Origin: an uncultured Alistipes sp.
GTDB lineage: Bacteria > Bacteroidota > Bacteroidia > Bacteroidales > Rikenellaceae
Length of the DNA stretch: 38,459 nucleotides
Reading direction: 5' to 3'
Assembly: GCA_964600455.1 (NCBI GenBank)
Contig: CAZRJU010000001.1
Span: forward strand, 1 to 38,459
A program made the position numbers and the translations under genes. Positions 7,916 through 16,462 of the stretch are shown here, piece after piece. Below the pieces are notes generated by a model, which was given only the letters and a program-made list of their open reading frames with translations, did not search any database and was not told where the DNA came from. Positions within the stretch are counted from its first letter, which is position 1. Every line of letters starts with the position of its first letter.

Positions 7916-7978
7916 CTCCCATTATTCCCATTATTCCCATCTTTCCCATTATTCCCATCTTTCCCATTATTCCCACCC
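7916..7978. repeat. 7 x 9-bp tandem array (TTCCCATTA/TTCCCATCT)
   Basis: ctcccatta ttcccatta ttcccatct ttcccatta ttcccatct ttcccatta ttcccaccc; same unit and orientation as 5891-5944. Confidence 0.93.
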
Positions 7979-7989
7979 CTAAGAAAAGC

Positions 7990-8016
7990 AAAAAGCGCTG
8001 ATTTACAGCGCTTTTT
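7990..8016 (-). terminator. Hairpin/terminator overlapping the stop codon of the MazG-like gene
   Basis: AAAAAGCGCTG-attta-CAGCGCTTTTT; the stop codon (8003-8005) lies in the loop. Confidence 0.6.
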
Positions 8017-8401
8017 CTCTAATTATTCTGTCGATGCAGGCTCGGATTTTGGGGGCGGGATCTTCCCAACCCTCGGGCTTGATCACCTTGCCGTCTTTGG
8101 GGTTATAGTGGGGCTTGCCGTCGGGCCAGAGTTTGGCCATGTTGGCCCGCTGTACGATCTCAAAGAGCTCGTCGGCCTCGAGGCCCATCTCGACCATCGT
8201 ACCCAAGGCAAAATACATGAGGTCGATCATGGCATCGGCCTGCTCGTAAATATCCTCGGCCACCAAAAATTCGGCCACCTCCTCGTTCATCCACTTGGCG
8301 CGGCTCAGGGCTCGTTTCTTATCAATCATGCGGGGTTGCTCGGCCACGGGATGTCCGAAGCGTTCGTGAAATTCGCGCACGTCGTTCCACTCTTTTTTCA
8401 T
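8003..8401 (-). CDS. MazG-like/PRA-PH all-alpha NTP pyrophosphohydrolase
   Basis: V.EFH..F, EEVAEF...D..EQADA.IDL.YF and V..ANM.K....GKP....DGKV.KP motifs. Confidence 0.85.
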   Translation of the reverse strand: MKKEWNDVREFHERFGHPVAEQPRMIDKKRALSRAKWMNEEVAEFLVAEDIYEQADAMIDLMYFALGTMVEMGLEADELFEIVQRANMAKLWPDGKPHYNPKDGKVIKPEGWEDPAPKIRACIDRIIREKAL

Positions 8402-8443
8402 CTCTTTTTCGGTTTTTTGATCGTTTTAATTCGCTTTTGAGAG

Positions 8444-8491
8444 CAAAGGTAGGGAAAATTTTGCGGAATCGGGCAATTTTTCTTACCTTTG
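8444..8491. promoter_or_regulatory. Back-to-back divergent -7 boxes
   Basis: TACCTTTG on the minus strand (8444-8451) and on the plus strand (8484-8491). Confidence 0.65.
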
Positions 8492-8506
8492 TACGATTAT
8501 ATGGCA

Positions 8507-9115
8507 ATGAAAAAGTTTCGATATACCCTTTGGGCGCTTCTGGTGGCTCTCGCAGCGGTCTCCTGCTCCGACGAGGAGGACACCGTGTTGCCCAACCAGC
8601 AGAAGCAGTTGCTCTCCTTCATGACCTCGACCCTGAAGCTCGTCTCCTACGAGGAGGCGATCGACCCCTCGGCCTCGGAGGAGAATCCCGCCTTCTACAC
8701 CGAGGCGGGCAACACGGTCTATCGCTGGATCACCAACTACTACGATGCCGACCGCGAGTTGCGCCCTCTGGTGGAGAAGGGGAGCCGCGTGAACCTCACG
8801 ATCACGGTATATCCCTTTGAGTTTCGCCGCATTTCGGCCTCGACCGTACCCCTCTACACCAACGACCGATCGCTCAAAGATCAGCTCGAAAAAGAGGGGC
8901 TCAACACCCAATATTGGGACTTTGCCCCCTATCTGCTCACGGTGGGCAAGAGCAGCACAATAAAGGGGTTGGCCCTCTCGTTGGAGGGGTGTCGTGAGGG
9001 CGATATTGTGGAGCTCTACATGACCTACAACATGGCCTACGGCGGCGACTGGCTCTATGCCCTCAAGCCCGAAAGCCCCTTAGCCATTCACTTTACGATT
9101 GATTTGGTGGAATAA
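8507..9115 (+). CDS. FKBP-type peptidyl-prolyl isomerase-like lipoprotein (divergent); alternative start 8501
   Basis: Lipobox AVSC-SDEED; IKGL...L.G.REG..VEL.....MAYG and PESPL..HFTI FKBP-like motifs. The ORF-track start at 8489 overlaps the promoter box. Confidence 0.7.
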   Translation: MKKFRYTLWALLVALAAVSCSDEEDTVLPNQQKQLLSFMTSTLKLVSYEEAIDPSASEENPAFYTEAGNTVYRWITNYYDADRELRPLVEKGSRVNLTITVYPFEFRRISASTVPLYTNDRSLKDQLEKEGLNTQYWDFAPYLLTVGKSSTIKGLALSLEGCREGDIVELYMTYNMAYGGDWLYALKPESPLAIHFTIDLVE

Positions 9116-10641
9116 TGAAACAACCTATGATAAAACGCATTTGTTCGATCGGCTTTGTGGCCGCGCTCGCTTTGATGATGGTGGCGTGCGCCGACCCCGA
9201 GGAGCGTCTCTATACGGGACTTGAATCGCAATCCCTGAAGCTCTGGATGGAGAAGTATCACCCCGACCTGGTACAGAACCACCAGGCCGATGGCGACTAT
9301 TATGTGGATGTGATCACCCCGGGCGAGGGGGCGGCCGCACAGGATACGGTCTACTGGGTACGCATGGAGTTTACGGGACGCGATTTGGGCGGTAATGTCT
9401 GCCTCACGCGCGACGAGTTGACGGCCCGACAAATCGGCACCTTCACCAAGTATACCCACTACGTTCCCTTCTACCGCTACTGCGGCGACGAGAATACGAG
9501 CATGCTCGACGGCATGCACCTGGCCCTGCGCAACACGCTCACCTTAGGCGAGGAGTATGCCCGGGATCGCGGCTTTGAGCAGGAGATTCAGTTGCGCCTC
9601 GGAGCCGAGGTGGTGCTCTACATGCCCTCCTCGATCGTGGGCAGCCTGAGCGGCAGCGGCGGCTATGAGGGACAGGAGATTGGCGGTGTAACCTACACGC
9701 TCAGTTCGTCGCGCCCCCTGATCGTACGCATGAAGGTAGTCGACCTTGTAAAGAACCCGCTTGAGAAGGAGGGTGAGGAGGTGGATGCCTTTGCCGAGCA
9801 GAATGGCGGTCTGAAACCGATTGAGAAGAGCGACGAGGAGACCTCGAGTGCCGTACGGGGTGCCGAGGAGCCGCAGTACAACGACGGCTACGCCTGGCAT
9901 GCCGCCTACGACACGATGCCCCACCTCTACATCCACCACACCTTCCGCCCCGAGGTGGATCGTGCAAAACTCTACACCTACCGCGAAGCCTACCGCTCGG
10001 GAGTAGCCCCCTACAACAACCTCGAGCAACTCGATCTGGATATCAACCGGGCGCTGCTCGACCGATTTGGCGAGGGTACGCTCGAGGGCGACTCGGTGAA
10101 ACTCACCGGCACGGCCAAGATCTGGTACATCGGTCGCTTCCTTGATGGCTTTATCTTCGACACCAACATCGACGAGGTGAAGCAACTCCTCTATGGCGAG
10201 ATAAGCAGCGAGGGTGAGGCAATTACCTACACCCCCGAGGACGACCAGAACAACTATGTCAGCATGTGGTACTATGCCCTGCCGCAGTTACGCTTCGGGC
10301 AGTGGGCAACCGTCATGGGCACCTCCATATATAATTATGGTGCGACGGGCATGGAGGGATCAACCACCACCTCCTCCTCGTCGAGCTATGACCAGAGCTA
10401 CTACGATATGCTCAACTACTACAACTACATGAACTCCTACTACGGCAATAACTACTATGGCGGCTACTACGGTGGTTACTATGGCGGCTACTACGGTGGT
10501 TATTACGACGACTATTACTACAACAACTATTACGACAGCAGCTCCTCCGAGACGACCACCACAACCACCGTCTCTACGGAGATTCAATCCTACACGCCGC
10601 TGATCTTCCAACTCTACATCGAGCCCGAGGATGAAGAGTAG
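9115..10641 (+). CDS. Lipoprotein with two FKBP-like domains and a Tyr/Gly/Asn-rich insert
   Basis: Lipobox MVAC; TAATG coupling to the upstream gene; AKIWYIGRFLDGFIFDTN, NYG and EIQSYTPLIFQLYI FKBP motifs. Confidence 0.75.
   Translation: MKQPMIKRICSIGFVAALALMMVACADPEERLYTGLESQSLKLWMEKYHPDLVQNHQADGDYYVDVITPGEGAAAQDTVYWVRMEFTGRDLGGNVCLTRDELTARQIGTFTKYTHYVPFYRYCGDENTSMLDGMHLALRNTLTLGEEYARDRGFEQEIQLRLGAEVVLYMPSSIVGSLSGSGGYEGQEIGGVTYTLSSSRPLIVRMKVVDLVKNPLEKEGEEVDAFAEQNGGLKPIEKSDEETSSAVRGAEEPQYNDGYAWHAAYDTMPHLYIHHTFRPEVDRAKLYTYREAYRSGVAPYNNLEQLDLDINRALLDRFGEGTLEGDSVKLTGTAKIWYIGRFLDGFIFDTNIDEVKQLLYGEISSEGEAITYTPEDDQNNYVSMWYYALPQLRFGQWATVMGTSIYNYGATGMEGSTTTSSSSSYDQSYYDMLNYYNYMNSYYGNNYYGGYYGGYYGGYYGGYYDDYYYNNYYDSSSSETTTTTTVSTEIQSYTPLIFQLYIEPEDEE
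10453..10500 (+). repeat. Exact 24-bp duplication encoding (YYGG)4
   Basis: TACTATGGCGGCTACTACGGTGGT x2. Confidence 0.95.
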
Positions 10642-10662
10642 CCCGAGGGGAGGGTAAAATAG

Positions 10663-10700
10663 AAGAGGAGCAAGCCGAACGTGGTTTGCTCCTCTTTTTT
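10663..10700. terminator. Intrinsic terminator between convergent genes
   Basis: AAGAGGAGCAAGCC-gaacgt-GGTTTGCTCCTCTT followed by a T run. Confidence 0.8.
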
Positions 10701-10714
10701 ACTCTGCGAATCAA

Positions 10715-10903
10715 CTAAAAACCGCCCTTGTTGCGATGATGCTTACGACCATGATAAACACGATCGTGCATCGGATCGGTGTAGTCCCGCTTGCGCTTCT
10801 GGCGGCGACGATGCACCTCTAAAGCCAAGAGCAGCAAAAACACACCGGCACCCAGCATGATTCCCAAAAACTTCAATATATCAAGTCCGATATTTGTCTC
10901 CAT
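10715..10903 (-). CDS. 62-aa single-pass membrane protein with basic/His-rich tail, function unknown
   Basis: One TM helix, then RRRQKRKR; own -7 box at 10944-10951 and a terminator just downstream. Confidence 0.6.
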   Translation of the reverse strand: METNIGLDILKFLGIMLGAGVFLLLLALEVHRRRQKRKRDYTDPMHDRVYHGRKHHRNKGGF

Positions 10904-10943
10904 CTTCTCTTCTTTGGTCTAAAGCGAACGGCCGTTCAGTGCG

Positions 10944-10951
10944 CAAAAGTA
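10944..10951 (-). promoter_or_regulatory. -7 box (TACTTTTG) for the 62-aa ORF
   Basis: TAnnTTTG 40 nt upstream of ATG 10903. Confidence 0.55.
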
Positions 10952-11050
10952 GGAAAAATCTTTTATCCTGCCTACTCTTTTTCAAAAATAAGTAGCAATA
11001 AGGGATAATATTGCCCTTTTAGGATAAATTTACCCGCGGCAACTCCCCTG

Positions 11051-11644
11051 CTACAAGCGTTTCAGGGCCGATCGAATAGCCTCCTCGGCCGAAGCCGAAG
11101 GGCTCTCCTTGAAGATCGCCTTGAGTACCTTCTCAGCAGCCGACTTTTGGAAACCGAGCATCACCAAAGCGGCCAACGACTCATCGTACTCCTCGTTGCC
11201 GGCAGCCGGTGCCATCTTGGGCAGCTCCTCCCCCTCGAAACCGAGCGAGATCAACTTGCCGCTCAGCTCCACAATGATCTTCTGGGCCGTCTTCAGGCCA
11301 AGCCCCTTCACATTCTTCAGTAGCACGGCATTCTCGCTGGTGATGATGCTGCGCAACTCGCGTGGCGAGTAGGTCGAGAGGATCATGCGGGCCGTGTTGC
11401 CTCCCACCCCCGAGACACTGATCAAGAGGCGGAAGAGCTCCCGCTCGGCCTTCGTATAGAAACCATAGAGCAGTTGCGCATCCTCGCGCACGATGTAATG
11501 AGTGTAGAGACGGGCCTCCGTAAGTTCCTCAATGGCCGAATAGGTCTCCAACGAGATGTGCAACAGATAGCCCACACCCCCGGCATCAATGACGGCATAG
11601 GTGGGTGTAGCCTCCGAAATGGTACCTTGTATATATTCGTACAT
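11051..11644 (-). CDS. ruvA: Holliday junction branch migration protein RuvA
   Basis: MYEYIQG, GVGY, REDAQLLYGF, LISVSGVG, GLGLKTAQKIIVEL and ALVMLGF. Confidence 0.97.
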   Translation of the reverse strand: MYEYIQGTISEATPTYAVIDAGGVGYLLHISLETYSAIEELTEARLYTHYIVREDAQLLYGFYTKAERELFRLLISVSGVGGNTARMILSTYSPRELRSIITSENAVLLKNVKGLGLKTAQKIIVELSGKLISLGFEGEELPKMAPAAGNEEYDESLAALVMLGFQKSAAEKVLKAIFKESPSASAEEAIRSALKRL

Positions 11645-11678
11645 GGGCGAAAAAACTTTTTTTGTTCAAGTCGTTTGA

Positions 11679-11707
11679 CAAAAGTATAAATATTTTTCTT
11701 ACCTTTG
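11679..11707. promoter_or_regulatory. Tightly spaced divergent -7 boxes for ruvA and ompH-cdaA
   Basis: TACTTTTG on minus (11679-11686) and TACCTTTG on plus (11700-11707). Confidence 0.6.
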
Positions 11708-11754
11708 TATCTTGTTGTGCGAAATTCGTGAATAATTAACTAAAAACAGATACA

Positions 11755-12330
11755 ATGAAAAAGACTCTCTTTACCATTATGGTAGCCGTAGCAGCCTTCG
11801 TGGCTTGCGCCCCCAAAGCCGGAACCGCCCAGGGCGATGCCTCGGCACAGGACTCCACCGCCGTAGCCCCCTGCGACCTGGCCTATGTACAGGTGGAAAT
11901 GGTTCTCGCTCAGAGCAACCTCTTCCAGACCGAGGGTAAAGCCCTTGAGGAGCGTACGCGTACCGCACAGGAGCGTTGGGCACGCAGCCAGCAGCGCATC
12001 CAGTCCGGTCTGAACGAGTTGCAGGACAAGTATAACCGCGGTTTGATCACCTCGCTCAACGCCCAGAAGCGTCAGGAGGAGTTGCAGGCCGAGGCTACCC
12101 GTCTGGAGAACACGATGCAGAGCGAGGGCCGCACCTTGGAGGAGGAGAATATCGTCTTCACGAACCGCGCCCAGGATCTGCTGCGTCGCGCCGTGGAGGA
12201 GGTAAATGCCGACGGTAAGTACCGCATGATCGTCAACGCCTCGGCCCTGATCGACGCCGACACCACGCTCGACATTTCAGCCCATGTTTTGGAGGTTGTT
12301 AACCGCCTCTACGCTGCCGAGAAGGAGTAA
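11755..12330 (+). CDS. OmpH/Skp-family chaperone with lipoprotein-type signal
   Basis: FVAC lipobox, LAYV..E, a long coiled coil, and a Y.MI......AD..LDIS..V...N C-terminus. Confidence 0.8.
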   Translation: MKKTLFTIMVAVAAFVACAPKAGTAQGDASAQDSTAVAPCDLAYVQVEMVLAQSNLFQTEGKALEERTRTAQERWARSQQRIQSGLNELQDKYNRGLITSLNAQKRQEELQAEATRLENTMQSEGRTLEEENIVFTNRAQDLLRRAVEEVNADGKYRMIVNASALIDADTTLDISAHVLEVVNRLYAAEKE

Positions 12331-12370
12331 TTTGATTCTCGGTCGCTAACCTCGCTCCAACCTGCCGGCT

Positions 12371-13171
12371 ATGGGATTCGTACCATTCACCTTCATCGAC
12401 CTGATCGACATCTTCCTGGTGGCGACGGTCATGTATTGGATCTACCGCACGACCAAGGGTACCAATGCCCCCTATATCCTGACGGGCATCGTTATCATCT
12501 ACTTCGTGTGGGTGGTGGTACGCACCCTGAACATGGAGCTTCTCTCCTCGATTCTCGGTCAGATTATCAGCGTGGGAGTGATCGCCTTAGTGATCATCTT
12601 CCAGCCCGAGATTCGTCGATTCCTCCAGATGATCGGCATGCGCCAGAAGTCGCTCAACTTCATCACCCGCATTATCTCAATGGGCGATGATCGGGCCCTT
12701 ACGCATACGGCGCCGATCGTTACGGCTTGCCGTGAGATGGCCGAAACCAAGACCGGCGCCCTGATCGTTATCGGCCAGCAGAGCGACCTGAAACTCATCA
12801 CCGAGGGCGGCATTTCGCTCGATGCCCGTGTCTCGACCTCGCTCCTGAAAAACATCTTCTTTAAGAATGCTCCGCTTCACGATGGGGCTGTTGTGATCGA
12901 GGGCGACCGTGTCGTAGCTGCCAAGTGTATCCTGCCCGTCACCCAATCCAACGTTCCAAAGGACTATGGCACGCGCCATCGCGCTGCCATCGGCCTGAGC
13001 GAGATCTCCGATGCCATCGTGGTTGTGGTGAGCGAAGAGACAGGCGGCATCTCCATCGCCCAAGGTGGTAATCTGCGCCGCAACATCGAACCCCGCATGT
13101 TGCAACAGGTACTCCAACGCTACCTCAACGTGAGCCGCCGCAGGCGCGACGACAACGAAATTGCCGAGTAG
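12371..13171 (+). CDS. cdaA: Membrane-bound diadenylate cyclase CdaA/DacA
   Basis: Three N-terminal TM helices, IIFQPEIRR, PLHDGA, GTRHRAA and VSEETG. Confidence 0.95.
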   Translation: MGFVPFTFIDLIDIFLVATVMYWIYRTTKGTNAPYILTGIVIIYFVWVVVRTLNMELLSSILGQIISVGVIALVIIFQPEIRRFLQMIGMRQKSLNFITRIISMGDDRALTHTAPIVTACREMAETKTGALIVIGQQSDLKLITEGGISLDARVSTSLLKNIFFKNAPLHDGAVVIEGDRVVAAKCILPVTQSNVPKDYGTRHRAAIGLSEISDAIVVVVSEETGGISIAQGGNLRRNIEPRMLQQVLQRYLNVSRRRRDDNEIAE

Positions 13172-13191
13172 TTTTCTGCTCCCGTATTACA

Positions 13192-13242
13192 CTCCCCGAA
13201 GGGCCTCATTCCTAAAAAGAGCCTCTTCGGGGAGCTTTTTTT
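13192..13242 (+). terminator. Intrinsic terminator after cdaA
   Basis: CTCCCCGAAG...CTTCGGGGAG followed by C and T7. Confidence 0.7.
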
Positions 13243-13305
13243 AGGGCAAGATCTCATTCCATATCTCCTCGTAACTCCCCTTTTTGTCGTTTCTGTGAAG
13301 AAAAT

Positions 13306-13346
13306 GAAAACTTTTTTTGTTTTTTGAGTTTTCTGTATTACATTTG
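13306..13346 (+). promoter_or_regulatory. tetR-operon promoter (-7 box TACATTTG, 13339-13346) with candidate operator GAAAACT-N14-AGTTTTC
   Basis: 7-bp inverted repeat at 13306-13312 and 13327-13333, directly upstream of the -7 box. Confidence 0.55.
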
Positions 13347-13406
13347 TAGGCGAAAAAATGGGATTGACCTATCCGCTGGAGGGCTAAAGCCCGCAAAAGT
13401 AAGACG

Positions 13407-14042
13407 ATGGCAGAGATCAAAAATCAGAGAGAGTGGATCGTAGCTCGCTCGGCCGAGATGTTCCTTCGGTTAGGGGTGAAGGCCGTGCGCATGGACGATA
13501 TTGCCCACGAGTTGGGCATATCGAAACGCACCATCTACGAACTTTTCAGCGACAAGGAGGAGTTGATTCTCCAGGCCATGAAGCACCTCTACGCAGAACG
13601 CATGATGGAGCATCGGGCCATCTGCGCCAAGGCTGAGAATGAGTTGGCCGGCATGTTTTTCGTAATGGACGAAATTTTCAACCACGCCGAACGCCACCAC
13701 CGCCTATCGACCAACCTCAAGCGTTTCTACCCCAAGATCTATGAGCAGCTCCTGCAAGAGGGGCGTGAGGCCAATATGTTGGGGCTGCGCACCATGATTG
13801 AGCGCGGCATTGAGAAGGGATATTTCCTGCGTGAGATGAATATCGAGATCACGATTCGCATCTTTAGCACACTCTCCCAGAGTCTACAAAACAATAGCGA
13901 GCAGTTCCTGACCAAGGAGATCTCCCCACGCGCGGCCTTTATCCAGGTGGTCAACACCCTCTTTAGAGGGATCTCCACCCCCGAAGGCATTGCCATCATC
14001 GATAAATATGTCCAAGGAGGCTATGCACGCAAATACGAATAA
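13407..14042 (+). CDS. TetR/AcrR-family regulator
   Basis: HTH G.KAV.MDDIA.ELGISKRTIYELF.DKEEL. Confidence 0.93.
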   Translation: MAEIKNQREWIVARSAEMFLRLGVKAVRMDDIAHELGISKRTIYELFSDKEELILQAMKHLYAERMMEHRAICAKAENELAGMFFVMDEIFNHAERHHRLSTNLKRFYPKIYEQLLQEGREANMLGLRTMIERGIEKGYFLREMNIEITIRIFSTLSQSLQNNSEQFLTKEISPRAAFIQVVNTLFRGISTPEGIAIIDKYVQGGYARKYE

Positions 14043-14068
14043 TCAAGAAAACAACAAATAACCGAATT

Positions 14069-15382
14069 ATGAAGAAGTGGATTTTATCCTTATGTGCCCT
14101 TGTGGCGGTCGTAGGTACCACCCGGGCACAATCCATGCAACTGACGCTCGATCAGGCTATCGAGATTGCCCTGAGCGACAACCCCACGGTACAGATCGCC
14201 GAACAGGAGATCATGCGCTACGACCATGTCAAGCAGCAGGCTTGGGGTAATTTGCTGCCCCAGATCTCGGCCTCGGGCCAATATACCCGCTCGGTAGTGA
14301 AATCCGAGATGCGAGGCGGTATCTCGTTTGGTGCCGACAACACCTTTGCCTTCACGGGCGATGTAACGCTGCCCCTCTTCGCGCCGCAGATCTACCGCAC
14401 GCTCAAACTCAACAAGGCTCAACTGGCCTCGGCCGTGGAGCAGGCACGCGCTACGCGCATCGACCTGGTAGCTGCCGTCAAGGTGGCCTTCTACAACATT
14501 CTGCTGGCCGAGCAGTCGCTCGAGGTACTCCGCGAGTCGGAGGCTACCGTACAGCAGACCGTCAACGAGACGCAGCTCAAGTATGACAACGGTCTGGCCT
14601 CGGAGTACGACCTCCTGACCGCTCAGGTGCAACTCTCGAATCTCCAACCCACCATCCTCCAGACCGAGCAAGCGATCGACGTGGCCAAGCTCTCGCTGAA
14701 GATGTACCTCTCGTTGCCCGAGCAGGTTGAAATCGAGGTGGTGGGCGAGTTGAACCAGATGCGCGATATGGTCTTTGCCGGCAGCGATCTCACGACCGAC
14801 ATCTCGGAGAACTCCACCCTGCGCCAACTCGACCTGCAGGCCGAGCAGCTGCAACGTTCGCTGCGTCTGGCCAACGCCTCACGTCTGCCGACCTTGGCCG
14901 CCTTCGGACAGGTATCCTTCACGGGTAACGATATGGATGCCCTCTCCTTCTTCGGTAATGCGGCACCCCCGAAATACAAGTTCTTCTGGACCCACCCCAT
15001 ATCGGTCGGTGTAGCCCTCTCGGTACCCATCTTCTCGGGTCTCACCAAGTCGGCACAGGCTAAGTCGATCAAGAACCAGATCGGTCAGTTGGAGCTGCAG
15101 CGCAGCTATGCCCGCCAGCAGATCGACGTACAGGTACGCAACGCCATCAGCTCCGTGATGACGGCCCGCGAAAAGATGTTTGCCCAGGAGAATACCATGC
15201 AACAGGCAGAAAAGGCCTACAACATCTCCGAGACGCGCTACAACGCCGGTGCCGGTACGATGCTTGAGCTGAACATGGCTCGTTTGAACCTCACCCAGTC
15301 GCGTCTGAACTTCTCGCAGGCGATCTTCGACTACCTCTCGGCCAAGGCGGAGTACGACAAGATCGTAGGCCGCGAAATGTAA
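14069..15382 (+). CDS. TolC-family outer membrane factor
   Basis: Signal peptide, LTLDQAIEIAL..N, two OEP repeats (LLPQISA, RLPTL) and RYNAG..T.LE. Confidence 0.92.
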   Translation: MKKWILSLCALVAVVGTTRAQSMQLTLDQAIEIALSDNPTVQIAEQEIMRYDHVKQQAWGNLLPQISASGQYTRSVVKSEMRGGISFGADNTFAFTGDVTLPLFAPQIYRTLKLNKAQLASAVEQARATRIDLVAAVKVAFYNILLAEQSLEVLRESEATVQQTVNETQLKYDNGLASEYDLLTAQVQLSNLQPTILQTEQAIDVAKLSLKMYLSLPEQVEIEVVGELNQMRDMVFAGSDLTTDISENSTLRQLDLQAEQLQRSLRLANASRLPTLAAFGQVSFTGNDMDALSFFGNAAPPKYKFFWTHPISVGVALSVPIFSGLTKSAQAKSIKNQIGQLELQRSYARQQIDVQVRNAISSVMTAREKMFAQENTMQQAEKAYNISETRYNAGAGTMLELNMARLNLTQSRLNFSQAIFDYLSAKAEYDKIVGREM

Positions 15383-15420
15383 TCCCTAACCCAAGCAACA
15401 AAAAAATAAACAACCATACA

Positions 15421-16434
15421 ATGAAAAGAGTATTTATCTGGATGGCCGCAGCCCTGATGCTGACTGCCTGCAACTCGAAACAGAGCGCTACAACCCAAAC
15501 CGAGGAGGTGGTAGCGGTAAAGACCAAGACGGCTGTGGCCGAGAAACGCGACATTCTGCTCACCGAGGAGTATACCTCGGAGGTCAACGCCTACAAGGAG
15601 AACGACATCACCCCCGCCGCCTCGGGGGTACACATCGACCGTATTCTGGTGGATGTGGGCGACAAAGTGCGTGAGGGACAACTGCTCATCACGCTCAACC
15701 CCACCCAGTACAACCAGGCCCGCGTACAGCTCAAGCTCCTGGAGGACAACGTAAATCGTCTGCGCCCCGTCTATGAGGCCGGCGGCATCTCGGCCCAGGA
15801 GTTTGACCAGGTGAAGGCCCAGTATGACGTGCAGCTCGAGGTGGTGGAGAACCTCAAGCGCAATATCGAAGTGCTCTCGCCCATTTCGGGTGTGGTTACA
15901 GCCCGCAACAACGAGGCCGGCGATCTCTTCATGAATCAGCCCGTGCTCCACATCATGCAGATCAACCCGCTGAAGGTCGTAGCACACATTCAGGAGCAGT
16001 TCTTCAGCAACGTAAAGCGCGGCATGACGGTTCGTCTCAAGCTGGATGCCTACCCCGAGGAGGAGTTCAAGGGGCAGGTGGAGCTGATTCACCCCGCCAT
16101 CAACACCACGACCCGCACCTTTGCCGTGGAGGTACGTGTTCCCAACCCCTCAGAGCGTCTGCGCCCGGGTATGTTTGCCCGCACCTATTTTGATATGGGC
16201 AAGCGCGAGGCCGTTTTGATCCCCGATGTGGCCGTACTCAAGCAGGTGGGCTCCTCGGAGCGCTACGTCTATGTGATCAAGGAGGGCGTAGCCGAGCGTC
16301 GCCGTGTGACGGTAGGTCGTCAGGAGGGACAACTCGTGGAGATTCTCACCGGTGTTGAGGCCGGCGAAGAGGTGGCCGTTACCGCCCTCTCGCGCATCGA
16401 AAATGGTGTAAAGGTGGAGATTGTCGCCGAGTAG
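15421..16434 (+). CDS. RND periplasmic adaptor (MFP) lipoprotein
   Basis: LTAC lipobox, VDVGDKVREGQLL, SPISGVV, TRTF.VE and LRPGMF. Confidence 0.93.
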   Translation: MKRVFIWMAAALMLTACNSKQSATTQTEEVVAVKTKTAVAEKRDILLTEEYTSEVNAYKENDITPAASGVHIDRILVDVGDKVREGQLLITLNPTQYNQARVQLKLLEDNVNRLRPVYEAGGISAQEFDQVKAQYDVQLEVVENLKRNIEVLSPISGVVTARNNEAGDLFMNQPVLHIMQINPLKVVAHIQEQFFSNVKRGMTVRLKLDAYPEEEFKGQVELIHPAINTTTRTFAVEVRVPNPSERLRPGMFARTYFDMGKREAVLIPDVAVLKQVGSSERYVYVIKEGVAERRRVTVGRQEGQLVEILTGVEAGEEVAVTALSRIENGVKVEIVAE

Positions 16435-16462
16435 AAGTTACCAATTTCCAAGCTGATTTGCT

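Noticed and set aside
10960..11030. Nested short inverted repeats downstream of ruvA (TTTATCCT/AGGATAAA and others)
   Set aside because: AT-rich with short arms; compatible with chance or a weak terminator, and no target duplication is evident.
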